This document shows positions 55,280 to 63,997 of a DNA stretch of 64,000 nt, one piece after another. Numbering within the stretch: position 1 is the stretch's first letter; each line of letters begins with the position of its first letter. The DNA lies in assembly GCA_015487695.1 (NCBI GenBank), contig WFPF01000021.1:70441-134440 (forward strand), given 5' to 3'. Origin of the DNA: Chitinophagales bacterium. GTDB lineage: Bacteria; Bacteroidota; Bacteroidia; Chitinophagales; S012-47. Made by a program: the position numbers and the translations under genes. The notes under the pieces are model-generated. The model was not told the origin of the DNA and made no database searches. It saw nothing but the letters and a program-made list of their open reading frames with translations.

Positions 55280-56959
55280 ATGAAGAAAACACCCTCTGAT
55301 CTGGAGATTGCACAGGCGGCAGAGCCCCGGGCAATCGTTGAAATTGCCCGGAAGCTGGGCATTGGCGAAGATGACCTCGAACTGTACGGAAAATACAAGG
55401 CGAAACTTCCCCTTCATCTTATTGATGATGAAAAAGTAAATCAGAACAAGCTCATACTGGTCACGGCCATGACACCCACTCCGGCAGGAGAAGGCAAAAC
55501 CACGGTTTCGATCGGCCTGACCGAAGGTCTCAACAAAATTGGCAAACAGGCTATGGTAGTGCTTCGTGAGCCATCTCTGGGCCCGGTCTTCGGAATCAAG
55601 GGGGGGGCTGCCGGAGGCGGCTATTCGCAGGTGATTCCCATGGAAGACATCAATCTCCACTTTACCGGAGACTTTGCTGCGGTCGAGAAGAGCAACAATC
55701 TGCTTTCGGCTCTCATCGACAACAATCTGCAGTCAAAAACCCGTAACCTCGGTATGGATCCCCGGCAAATATTGTGGAAACGGGTAATGGATATGAACGA
55801 CCGTGCCCTGCGGCAGATCGTCATCGGGCTCGGAGGAACCGCCAATGGAGTGCCGCGGGAAGACGGATTCAACATCACACCGGCCAGCGAAGTGATGGCC
55901 ATCCTTTGCATGGCAAAAAACATCGCAGACCTGAAAGAGAAACTCGGCAATATCTTCGTAGGCTTCAAGTGGGACAAGTCGCCTGTTTGGGCAAAGGATC
56001 TGAATGCCCGCGGTGCCATGGCCCTGCTGCTGAAAGATGCCATCAAACCGAACCTGGTACAGACGCTTGAGGGCAATCCGGCCATCATTCACGGAGGCCC
56101 CTTTGCCAACATTGCCCAGGGAACCAATACCATCATTGCCACCAAAACCGGACTGAGCCTTTCGGAGTATGTCGTGACGGAAGCCGGATTTGGTGCCGAC
56201 CTCGGTGCCGAAAAGTTTCTGGATATCAAATGCGCCTATGCCGGGCTGAAACCCAAAGCCGTGGTGGTGGTAGCGACTATCCGGGCCCTTCGTCATCACG
56301 GGGGCGCACCCAAAGAAGAATACAATACACCCAGCCTCGAACGGGTGGAAAAAGGTTTTGAAAACCTGGAGAAACACCTCGAAAACATTCGCAAGTTCAA
56401 GCTCGAGCCGGTGGTAGCCATCAACAGTTTTTACAGCGACAGTGAAGAAGAGGTGGAACTGGTGAAAAAGAAATGTGCTGCAATGGGCATCAAAGCGGTA
56501 AAATCGGAAGGCTGGGCCAAGGGCGGAGAAGGAACAAAGGACCTGGCAAAGGCCGTAGTGGAAACCGTCCAGGAAGGGAAAAGCGATTTCAAACCCCTCT
56601 ACGACTGGAGCCTGCCCATTACGGAAAAAATTGAGATCATCGCCAGGGAAATATATGGTGCTGACGGGGTAGACTATACCGCCCAGGCCCGCAAGGGACT
56701 GCGGCAGATAGAGGCCCTCGGCCTGAATGACCTGCCCATATGCATGGCCAAAACCCAAAAATCCCTTTCTGACAATGCCTCGCTTCGCGGGCGACCGCGC
56801 AACTTTCGCGTTACGGTCAGGGAATTTGAGTTTGCTTCCGGTGCCGGATTTGTGATTCCCATCTTGGGCAATATGATGCGCATGCCGGGTCTTCCGGCCG
56901 TGCCGGCTTCCGAGGGGATGGACATTGATGACAATGGTGTAATCAGCGGACTGTCATGA
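55280..56959 (+). CDS. fhs: Formate--tetrahydrofolate ligase
   Basis: TAMTPTPAGEGKTTVSIGL, GGAAGGGYSQV and FANIAQG. 559 aa. Confidence 0.95.
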   Translation: MKKTPSDLEIAQAAEPRAIVEIARKLGIGEDDLELYGKYKAKLPLHLIDDEKVNQNKLILVTAMTPTPAGEGKTTVSIGLTEGLNKIGKQAMVVLREPSLGPVFGIKGGAAGGGYSQVIPMEDINLHFTGDFAAVEKSNNLLSALIDNNLQSKTRNLGMDPRQILWKRVMDMNDRALRQIVIGLGGTANGVPREDGFNITPASEVMAILCMAKNIADLKEKLGNIFVGFKWDKSPVWAKDLNARGAMALLLKDAIKPNLVQTLEGNPAIIHGGPFANIAQGTNTIIATKTGLSLSEYVVTEAGFGADLGAEKFLDIKCAYAGLKPKAVVVVATIRALRHHGGAPKEEYNTPSLERVEKGFENLEKHLENIRKFKLEPVVAINSFYSDSEEEVELVKKKCAAMGIKAVKSEGWAKGGEGTKDLAKAVVETVQEGKSDFKPLYDWSLPITEKIEIIAREIYGADGVDYTAQARKGLRQIEALGLNDLPICMAKTQKSLSDNASLRGRPRNFRVTVREFEFASGAGFVIPILGNMMRMPGLPAVPASEGMDIDDNGVISGLS

Positions 56960-57783
56960 GTGCCGGCCCTGCACCGGAATATGAAGGCCTGAAATGGATG
57001 GCAGGGCAATGGCAGCGAGTAGGCGACCGGCTGGCAGCGGAAGAAGCGCTCCAGATACGGATTAACGGAACACCCTTTACCGTGATTATGCGGACACCCG
57101 GAGATGAGGAAGACCTTGTCAGAGGGCTTCTCTACACCGAAGACTTGTACAATGGCCAAAAAATGTTGAACTTAGGGAGTGTGGAATACAACGACCTGGG
57201 TTATATCAACTCGGTGGATGTGCGTATTCCGGAAGAGGAATCGGGCGACTCCTATGTCAACAGCCGGACTTTGCTCTCGGTGTCTTCGTGTGGCATTTGT
57301 GGCAAACGGGAGCTGGACGATCTCTCGGTCAAAGGAGAGAAGCTGAAATCGAAAGCGTTGGTGGATGCCGCCATCATTCCCGGGTTGTTTGAAAAGATGA
57401 GCAAAGAGCAGGTGATTTTCGGCCAGACAGGGGGCTGCCATGCCGCAGCGCTCTTCGATGCGCAGGGCAATCTGCTTGCCATCCGCGAAGACATCGGGCG
57501 GCACAATGCGGTGGATAAGGCGATCGGGGCCCTGCTGCCGGCCGCTTCCGGCAAGCGGGCACAGTTCCTCTTGGTCAGCGGCAGGATTTCATATGAAATT
57601 GTGACCAAAGCATTTCGGGCCGGAGTGCCGGTTTTAGCTGCGGTCTCATCACCCTCGAGCCTCGCGGTGGATTTTGCCAAAGAACTCGGCATCACACTCA
57701 TCGCTTTCAGCAGGGAAAATCGATTTACCTGCTATGCATGGCCCGAGAGATTGAAAATTAACAGAGAACAGATTAGCAAATAA
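56956..57783 (+). CDS. fdhD: Formate dehydrogenase accessory sulfurtransferase FdhD
   Basis: SVSSCGICGKRE (catalytic Cys pair) and GRHNAVDKAIG. Confidence 0.9.
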   Translation: MSAGPAPEYEGLKWMAGQWQRVGDRLAAEEALQIRINGTPFTVIMRTPGDEEDLVRGLLYTEDLYNGQKMLNLGSVEYNDLGYINSVDVRIPEEESGDSYVNSRTLLSVSSCGICGKRELDDLSVKGEKLKSKALVDAAIIPGLFEKMSKEQVIFGQTGGCHAAALFDAQGNLLAIREDIGRHNAVDKAIGALLPAASGKRAQFLLVSGRISYEIVTKAFRAGVPVLAAVSSPSSLAVDFAKELGITLIAFSRENRFTCYAWPERLKINREQISK

Positions 57784-59450
57784 TGAGTAAGAATTTAAGC
57801 AAACTATCAGGCCGTAAAGGATTGGAAAACAATCTCTTTGCCCGCATGGGCGAAATGTCCCGTGAAAGCGGCACCGCTTCCGTGGAGGCATTGAGCCAAC
57901 TGGCCGATGAATTTTTGATGGGCAAAGCCTCCCTCTATGGCACCCTCACGTTCTACGACTTTATGAAGCCTGAGAACAAAGGGAAGAAAGCCTACATATG
58001 CAACGGCTCGGCCTGCCTTTGTGCCGGCACCCAGGATGCGGTTCGCAGGGAAATTGAAAAACACCTGGATGCTTCGGAAATCGGTCATATGACCTGTCTT
58101 GGCCGCTGCCACGAGAATGGAGCTTTCCATTTTGACGGGCACAACTATTCGGCCAAGACACCCGAAGAAATTGCTATGATCCTGAAAGGAGAAGGCAAGT
58201 GGAGCGATCGCTACAATGTGGGAGCCATTGGCACTCCGGTGCTGACCCGTGACTTTGAAGGGGTGAAATCCTATTATGCCGCACTGCCCGGAATACTTGC
58301 ATCGGGTAGCGAAAAAGTGCTGGAGGAAATAAAGAAATCGAAGATCAGGGGCCGGGGTGGAGCCGGATTCCCCATGGGATTCAAGCTGGAGGCCTGCCGC
58401 AAGGAAAAATCAGATATAAAATTTATTATCTGCAATGCCGATGAAGGAGACCCCGGGGCATACTCCGATCGCTACCTGCTCGAAATGCAACCCCATTCGG
58501 TGCTCTTCGGAATGATGACGGCCGGTTTTGCTGCCGGAGCTTCATACGGCATCCTCTACATCCGGGCCGAGTATCCCGAATCCATCACGGCTGTGGAGCA
58601 GGCCATTGATGAGCTGAGAGCGGAGGGCTTGCTCGGGAAAAAGATACTGGGAACGGATTTCGACTTTGAGTTTAAAATTATCAGGGCACAGGGGGCATAC
58701 ATTTGCGGAGAAGAGACGGCATTGATCAATTCCATCGAAGGGCAGCGTCCCGAAGTCCGGGTGCGGCCGCCCTATCCCACCACAGCCGGGCTCTATCAGA
58801 AGCCTACGGTGGTCAATAATGTGGAAACCCTGGCCGCGCTGCATTTTATCCTGAGCGAAGGAGGAGAGAACTACGCCCGCCTCGGTACGGACAAATCAAG
58901 CGGTACCAAACTGATCAGCCTCGACAGTGCTTTCAACCGGCCCGGCATCTACGAGGTGGAAATGGGCACGCCCCTGCGTCAGGTATTTGATGAGCTGGGA
59001 AGAGGCTACCGCAAGTCCATCAAAGCATTTCATATTGGCGGCCCGCTGGGCGGACTGGTGCCGGCCGATAAAGTAGATGAACTGACCCTCGACTTCGAAT
59101 CTTTTGCCGCACATGGCTTTCTTCTCGGCCATGCTTCGGTGGTTTCCATTCCGCTTGACTTTCCTCTTATCGACTATCTCGCCCACCTCTTTGATTTTGC
59201 CTCTTACGAAAGTTGCGGAAAATGCTTCCCCTGCCGGTTGGGCACCAAAAGAGGACATGAGATGATGCTGAAAGCCCGCAACGAAGAGTATAAAATCAAT
59301 CGCGAACTGCTGGAAGACCTGCTCGAGACACTGCGAGCCGGTTCGCTTTGCGCCCATGGCGGAGGCATCCCGCTTCCCGTGATGAATGCCCTGAAATACT
59401 TTGAAAATGAGTTGAACCCTTATTTCGAAACACAAACCACCGCATCATGA
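57783..59450 (+). CDS. NAD-dependent formate dehydrogenase diaphorase subunit (fused NuoE-like + NuoF-like; FdsG/FdsB equivalent)
   Basis: N-terminal thioredoxin-like 2Fe-2S Cys set (CNGSACLCAG...CLGRCHENG). NuoF motifs GRGGAGFPMG and CNADEGDPGA. 4Fe-4S ESCGKCFPCR. Confidence 0.85.
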   Translation: MSKNLSKLSGRKGLENNLFARMGEMSRESGTASVEALSQLADEFLMGKASLYGTLTFYDFMKPENKGKKAYICNGSACLCAGTQDAVRREIEKHLDASEIGHMTCLGRCHENGAFHFDGHNYSAKTPEEIAMILKGEGKWSDRYNVGAIGTPVLTRDFEGVKSYYAALPGILASGSEKVLEEIKKSKIRGRGGAGFPMGFKLEACRKEKSDIKFIICNADEGDPGAYSDRYLLEMQPHSVLFGMMTAGFAAGASYGILYIRAEYPESITAVEQAIDELRAEGLLGKKILGTDFDFEFKIIRAQGAYICGEETALINSIEGQRPEVRVRPPYPTTAGLYQKPTVVNNVETLAALHFILSEGGENYARLGTDKSSGTKLISLDSAFNRPGIYEVEMGTPLRQVFDELGRGYRKSIKAFHIGGPLGGLVPADKVDELTLDFESFAAHGFLLGHASVVSIPLDFPLIDYLAHLFDFASYESCGKCFPCRLGTKRGHEMMLKARNEEYKINRELLEDLLETLRAGSLCAHGGGIPLPVMNALKYFENELNPYFETQTTAS

Positions 59451-62188
59451 CCCCGACAGCCTACATTGACGACCAGGCCTTTGCCATCCGCGAAGGAGAA
59501 AGCATACTGAATTTCATCAGAAGGGTGAAAGATCAGGATCTCGTACCCACGCTTTGTGACGCACCCAATCTGGAACCCTTCGGCTCATGCCGGGTATGCA
59601 GTGTGGAGGTGGCGCTTGAAAAAGACGGGCGCAGAAAAACCGTGGCCTCATGCCATACCCCCGTTTCGGAGGGAAGCTATGTATACACCAATTCGGCCGA
59701 AATAAGGAAATTGAGAAAAAACATCATCGAGTTGGTATTGACGGATCATCCGCTGGACTGCCTGACCTGCGAAGTGAATGGCAACTGTGAACTTCAGGAA
59801 GTGGCCGCGCGTGTAGGCATCCGCGAAGTCCGCTATCCGGAAGGTGAAAACCACCTCGACCGGAAAAAAGACCTCAGTCATCCCTATATGACATCAGACC
59901 TTTCGAAGTGTATTAATTGCTACCGCTGTGTGCGTGCCTGTGATGAGGTGCAGGGCGAATTTGTGCTCAACATGGCCGGCCGCGGTTTCGACAGCCACAT
60001 CATCAAGGGAAATGACGTTTCATTCTTTGAATCCGATTGTGTCAGTTGCGGAGCCTGTGCCCAGGCCTGCCCCACATCGGCCATTTCCGATATTTATCAG
60101 TCCAAAGCCGTCTTTGCCGAGAAAACAACGCGCACCGTTTGCACCTACTGCGGGGTAGGTTGCAACCTGGAAGTGGCTACCATCGGAAATGAAGTGCTCT
60201 CTATCAGGGCGCCCTACGATGCCGAAGTAAATGAAGGGCACACCTGTCTGAAAGGACGCTATGCTTTTGAGTTTTACAAACATGACGATCGCCTGCGTTC
60301 GCCCCTGATAAAAAAGAATGGAAAATTCGAGGAAGTATCGTGGGATGAAGCCTACGACTACATAGCCGGACATCTGAATGCCTACAAAGAAAAATTCGGT
60401 GCCGATTCCATTGCCGGCATTTCTTCGGCACGCTGCACGAATGAAGAGAATTACCTGATGCAAAAATTTATACGGGCAGTGGTTGGCACCAACAATATTG
60501 ACGGCTGTGCAAGGGTGTGCCACTCACCCACGGCATTGGGCATGCAGGTAACCTTTGGCACCGGAGCGGCTACCAATTCCATCAAAGACCTGGAGGTGAC
60601 CGATTGCATTATGGTGATCGGGGCCAACCCCACCGAAGCGCATCCGGTGACCGGTGCGCGCATCAAGCAGGCCGCCATGAGCGGCAAAACACTTATTGTC
60701 ATTGATCCGAGGCGCACCGAACTGGCCCGCTATGCCGATTATCATCTGGCCCTGCGGCCCGGCACCAACGTGGCCGTTCTGAATATGATGATGTATTACA
60801 TTATCAGCGAAGGACTGGTGGATCAGGGTTTTGTAGATCAGCGCACCGATGGCTATGAGGAGTTTAAAGAAGAAATTCTTGGTCTCGACCTGGACAAACT
60901 GGAAGCCGTGAGCGGTGTGAAACGCGAACTGGTGAGAGAAGCTGCCATCGCCTATGCAAGTGCGCCCAATGCCATGTCTTTCCACGGCTTGGGTGTTACC
61001 GAGCACAAGCAGGGAACCTTTACGGTCATCCAGATTGCCGATCTGGCCATGCTGACCGGCAACATCGGAAGACCCGGTGTGGGAGTGAATCCGCTCAGAG
61101 GTCAGAATAACGTGCAGGGCGCGGCCGATATGGGCGTTCAGCCTCACCAGGGGGCCGGCTACCTGGATGTCAGCAATCCTGAGATCAAAGCAAAATATGA
61201 AGCCTTCTACGGGTGCGAGCTGCCCGATAAAATCGGGTATAAAATCCCTGAAATGTTTGACGCTGCCCTCGAAGGCAAGCTCAAGGCCATCTGGATTATC
61301 GGGGAGGATGTGGTGCAGACGGACCCCGATACAAAAAAGGTGATCCGGGCACTGGAAAACACGGACCTGGTTATCGTTCAGGAGTTGTTTATGACCGAGA
61401 CAGCCAGGTATGCCGATGTGATTCTGCCGGGTGCTTCTTTCCTCGAGAAGAGCGGCACCTTTACCAATGGGGAAAGGCGGGTGCAGCGCGTAAATGCCGT
61501 GGTGGAACCCCTGGAAGGCTGCAAACCGGACGGGCAGATTATCGTGGAGATAATGAACCGGATGGGCTACAAACAAGCGCCCTATACGCCCGAAGGCGTT
61601 CTGGAAGAGATCGCGGGTATTGTCCCCTTCTTTGCCGGAATAAAATGGGAAGAGCTCGGCATCAACGGAAAGCAATGGCCGGTGAGCCCCGATGGCCGCG
61701 ATACCAAGGTCCTGCATACCGAGTCGTTTAAGATCGGTCGCGGAAAATTTGAGTTTCATGAATTTGACGAGAGCGATGAGATCCGGAAGCACGGGAAAGA
61801 GTACCCTTATATACTGACGACCAACCGCGAACTGGAACACTACAACTGCGGTGCCATGACCCGAAGGACCCGGAACGTGGAAATATTGACCGAGGATCTG
61901 CTATTGATCCACCCTGATGATGCACAGAAAATCGGGGTCAAAGAAGGAGATTTGGTATGCGTGGAATCGGCCCGGGGCAAGGTCGATATCAAAGCACACA
62001 TAACGGATGAGGTCAATCCCGGAATTCTGAGTTCGACCTTCCATTTTCCGGAAATCATGATCAATATGATCACTTCTGACGAATACGATACCGAAGCCAA
62101 ATGTCCCGAATACAAGGTGGTGGCCGTTCGCATACGGAAAGCCCGAAAGGTACATCAGCGCAAGAGGGGCAAGGTGACTGTGAGCTGA
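59447..62188 (+). CDS. Formate dehydrogenase catalytic (alpha) subunit, Mo/W-bis-MGD, NuoG-like N-terminus, cysteine type
   Basis: 2Fe-2S (CDAPNLEPFGSCRVCSVEV), HPLDCLTCEVNGNC, two ferredoxin 4Fe-4S motifs, and the MopB cluster CTYCGVGCN. Active-site GCARVCHSPT carries Cys (TGC at 60518-60520) where Sec-type enzymes have TGA. Confidence 0.9.
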   Translation: MTPTAYIDDQAFAIREGESILNFIRRVKDQDLVPTLCDAPNLEPFGSCRVCSVEVALEKDGRRKTVASCHTPVSEGSYVYTNSAEIRKLRKNIIELVLTDHPLDCLTCEVNGNCELQEVAARVGIREVRYPEGENHLDRKKDLSHPYMTSDLSKCINCYRCVRACDEVQGEFVLNMAGRGFDSHIIKGNDVSFFESDCVSCGACAQACPTSAISDIYQSKAVFAEKTTRTVCTYCGVGCNLEVATIGNEVLSIRAPYDAEVNEGHTCLKGRYAFEFYKHDDRLRSPLIKKNGKFEEVSWDEAYDYIAGHLNAYKEKFGADSIAGISSARCTNEENYLMQKFIRAVVGTNNIDGCARVCHSPTALGMQVTFGTGAATNSIKDLEVTDCIMVIGANPTEAHPVTGARIKQAAMSGKTLIVIDPRRTELARYADYHLALRPGTNVAVLNMMMYYIISEGLVDQGFVDQRTDGYEEFKEEILGLDLDKLEAVSGVKRELVREAAIAYASAPNAMSFHGLGVTEHKQGTFTVIQIADLAMLTGNIGRPGVGVNPLRGQNNVQGAADMGVQPHQGAGYLDVSNPEIKAKYEAFYGCELPDKIGYKIPEMFDAALEGKLKAIWIIGEDVVQTDPDTKKVIRALENTDLVIVQELFMTETARYADVILPGASFLEKSGTFTNGERRVQRVNAVVEPLEGCKPDGQIIVEIMNRMGYKQAPYTPEGVLEEIAGIVPFFAGIKWEELGINGKQWPVSPDGRDTKVLHTESFKIGRGKFEFHEFDESDEIRKHGKEYPYILTTNRELEHYNCGAMTRRTRNVEILTEDLLLIHPDDAQKIGVKEGDLVCVESARGKVDIKAHITDEVNPGILSSTFHFPEIMINMITSDEYDTEAKCPEYKVVAVRIRKARKVHQRKRGKVTVS

Positions 62189-62344
62189 TATCCGGTATCC
62201 CGGACTTCCGCTCCGATGTTCGCTTTGCTCAACTCTGACCCTCGAAAGCTGTCATGTTGCTGAGCCCTGATCGAACGGAGGGAGCATCAGGGAGCCTGTC
62301 GAAACATGCTTGAACTTCTACGATTCTTTTCTCCGAGTGCGGGG

Positions 62345-62362
62345 TTTTTCCTGTTTTCGACA
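62345..62362. repeat. IS left terminal inverted repeat TTTTTCCTGTTTTCGACA
   Basis: Exact reverse complement of 63980-63997. Confidence 0.85.
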
Positions 62363-62367
62363 CTGGG

Positions 62368-63876
62368 TCACCCAAAATCAAAAAGTTCAGCTAAAAGCTT
62401 TTGCTGATCATTAAGCAGCAATAATTGTTTAATTATTCTATTTTCTGTTTTTACCTCTACCTGATAAATAGTTTTAGCAATGTTGATAGCCTTTTCCGGG
62501 CTTAAATCTGTTTGCTTTTCCTTCAATTGTCTTTCCAGCTCCTTGTAAATCTTGTATGCCACAAAATTGATGGTTATATGTGCCTCTATTCTCCTTTGAA
62601 GCCTATGGTAAATTGGCCTTACTTTTAAATCATGTTTTGATATTCGAAAAGCCTTTTCAATTTTCCAAAGATGCCCGTAGTTCTCAATAATTTGGTCTTT
62701 AGAAAGCGATGTATTCGTCAGGTACCCTTTTAGACCGTCCCATTTGGCATCGGCCTTATATTTGTCCCTGTCAATGCTTATTTCGATATCTCCACTCATT
62801 TTAAGGTACTTGTTGTAGCCTCTGTTATTGATATTGGCTTTGGTCAATTTGCCAGCCTTGATTTGTTTCTCTAATCGTTGCAAGCCTCTGTCCCGGTTAT
62901 GTTTGTCTTTCTTTGCCCGTTTATCTGAATAGCTGATTATAAGTTTTAGTCCATCTTCTTTTTCTATGATTTTACTCTCTCCATTTTTTAACCCTAATGC
63001 GAGTATGCGCTTTTTTATTTGTTCAGACTCATTTTTAATTCTTGCTCCCAGAATGAACTCATAATCTTTGGCTTTCAATTCTTGAATGTTTTGATTGGAT
63101 AACAAACCGGAATCGGCTACAATAACCAGCCTATTCAAACTGTATTTCCTTTTAAAGCGATCTATTACCGGTAACATGGTATGGCCTTCAAACTTGCTCC
63201 CTTCGAAGATATCGAAGGCCAGTGGATAACCATCCACGCTGACCAGTAGCCCCAGGACAATCTGTGGATTCTGGTGTTTTCCCTCTTTCGAAAAACCTCT
63301 TTTACGAAACTCGTCTTCTTCATCAATCTGAAAGTACAAGGTGGTTACATCATAGAAAACAATGTTAATAAGCCCATCTAATACTTTTAAAGTGTGTTCA
63401 AAGCTTATTTGTTGGATCATATCCTTTTGAGTGGAATAGAGCTTATCCAGGTAGCGGTATATCTGTTGAACCGGTGTGTTGATGTTTCTTGATTGAAGAA
63501 GGTATTGGCTTGTCCCTAATTTACTTGCCGGATTACTTAAACGGCTAATTACCAAGTCTCTGAACAGCTTATCGTTGATACGATTGAAGCCAATTTGATC
63601 GAATATACTTCCCAGTAACAGTTCCGGGCCAATTTCAATATGAGAGGTAATCTGTTGTAATGTCGATTTTACCGATTGATCTTCTGAAAAGAAGTCCATG
63701 TCTTGTTGTCCCTGGTAAGTGCTTATATTCTGCCTGCCCAAGTTGTACAACCTTTCGATTTCAACTTCTTTTTTTGAACTACCAATGGTTTTAATAAGCT
63801 TGGATTTACCCTTTATCTTGGCGATAACCTGAATACTAACTACTCCGCTTTTGTTTTTCTTTTTTCGAACAAACAT
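62368..63876 (-). CDS. IS1634 family DDE transposase
   Basis: MFVRKKKNKSGVVSIQVIAKIKGKSKLIKTIGSS is the characteristic IS1634 N-terminus. Also DDE context (FYDVTTLYF, VVADSGLLS) and the IS4-like Y-x2-LWKIE-x2-FR-x2-K motif. The track's 22-aa upstream extension was discarded. Confidence 0.85.
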   Translation of the reverse strand: MFVRKKKNKSGVVSIQVIAKIKGKSKLIKTIGSSKKEVEIERLYNLGRQNISTYQGQQDMDFFSEDQSVKSTLQQITSHIEIGPELLLGSIFDQIGFNRINDKLFRDLVISRLSNPASKLGTSQYLLQSRNINTPVQQIYRYLDKLYSTQKDMIQQISFEHTLKVLDGLINIVFYDVTTLYFQIDEEDEFRKRGFSKEGKHQNPQIVLGLLVSVDGYPLAFDIFEGSKFEGHTMLPVIDRFKRKYSLNRLVIVADSGLLSNQNIQELKAKDYEFILGARIKNESEQIKKRILALGLKNGESKIIEKEDGLKLIISYSDKRAKKDKHNRDRGLQRLEKQIKAGKLTKANINNRGYNKYLKMSGDIEISIDRDKYKADAKWDGLKGYLTNTSLSKDQIIENYGHLWKIEKAFRISKHDLKVRPIYHRLQRRIEAHITINFVAYKIYKELERQLKEKQTDLSPEKAINIAKTIYQVEVKTENRIIKQLLLLNDQQKLLAELFDFG

Positions 63877-63979
63877 GCTCGAAAATAGGTAAAAGTCACC
63901 CTCTGGGTCACCCAAAAAAGCAGATAAAAAATTATAATGCACTGACTTACTACTGCTTATGAATTACACCCGAAATTTT

Positions 63980-63997
63980 TGTCGAAAACAGGAAAAA
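63980..63997. repeat. IS right terminal inverted repeat TGTCGAAAACAGGAAAAA
   Basis: Exact reverse complement of 62345-62362. Only 3 nt of flank remain in the window, so target-site duplication cannot be assessed. Confidence 0.85.

Larger units (their letters stand above)
62345..63997 (-). mobile_element. IS1634-family insertion sequence (1653 bp between inverted-repeat ends)
   Basis: 18-bp perfect terminal inverted repeats, a single transposase ORF, and much lower GC than the adjacent fdh genes. GC was spot-counted on single 60-nt lines: about 27% inside the IS, against about 55% on a line in the same cluster (moeA, about 10 kb upstream). Confidence 0.8.

Noticed and set aside
55733-56758. 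341-aa minus-strand ORF
   Set aside because: Antisense to fhs, which is full-length and highly recognisable.
60518-60520. Selenocysteine recoding in the formate dehydrogenase alpha subunit
   Set aside because: The active-site codon is TGC (Cys) and there is no in-frame TGA in the gene, so no SECIS element is expected.
60524-61840. 438-aa minus-strand ORF
   Set aside because: Antisense to the fdhA molybdopterin domain. GC-rich coding regions commonly carry long open antisense frames.
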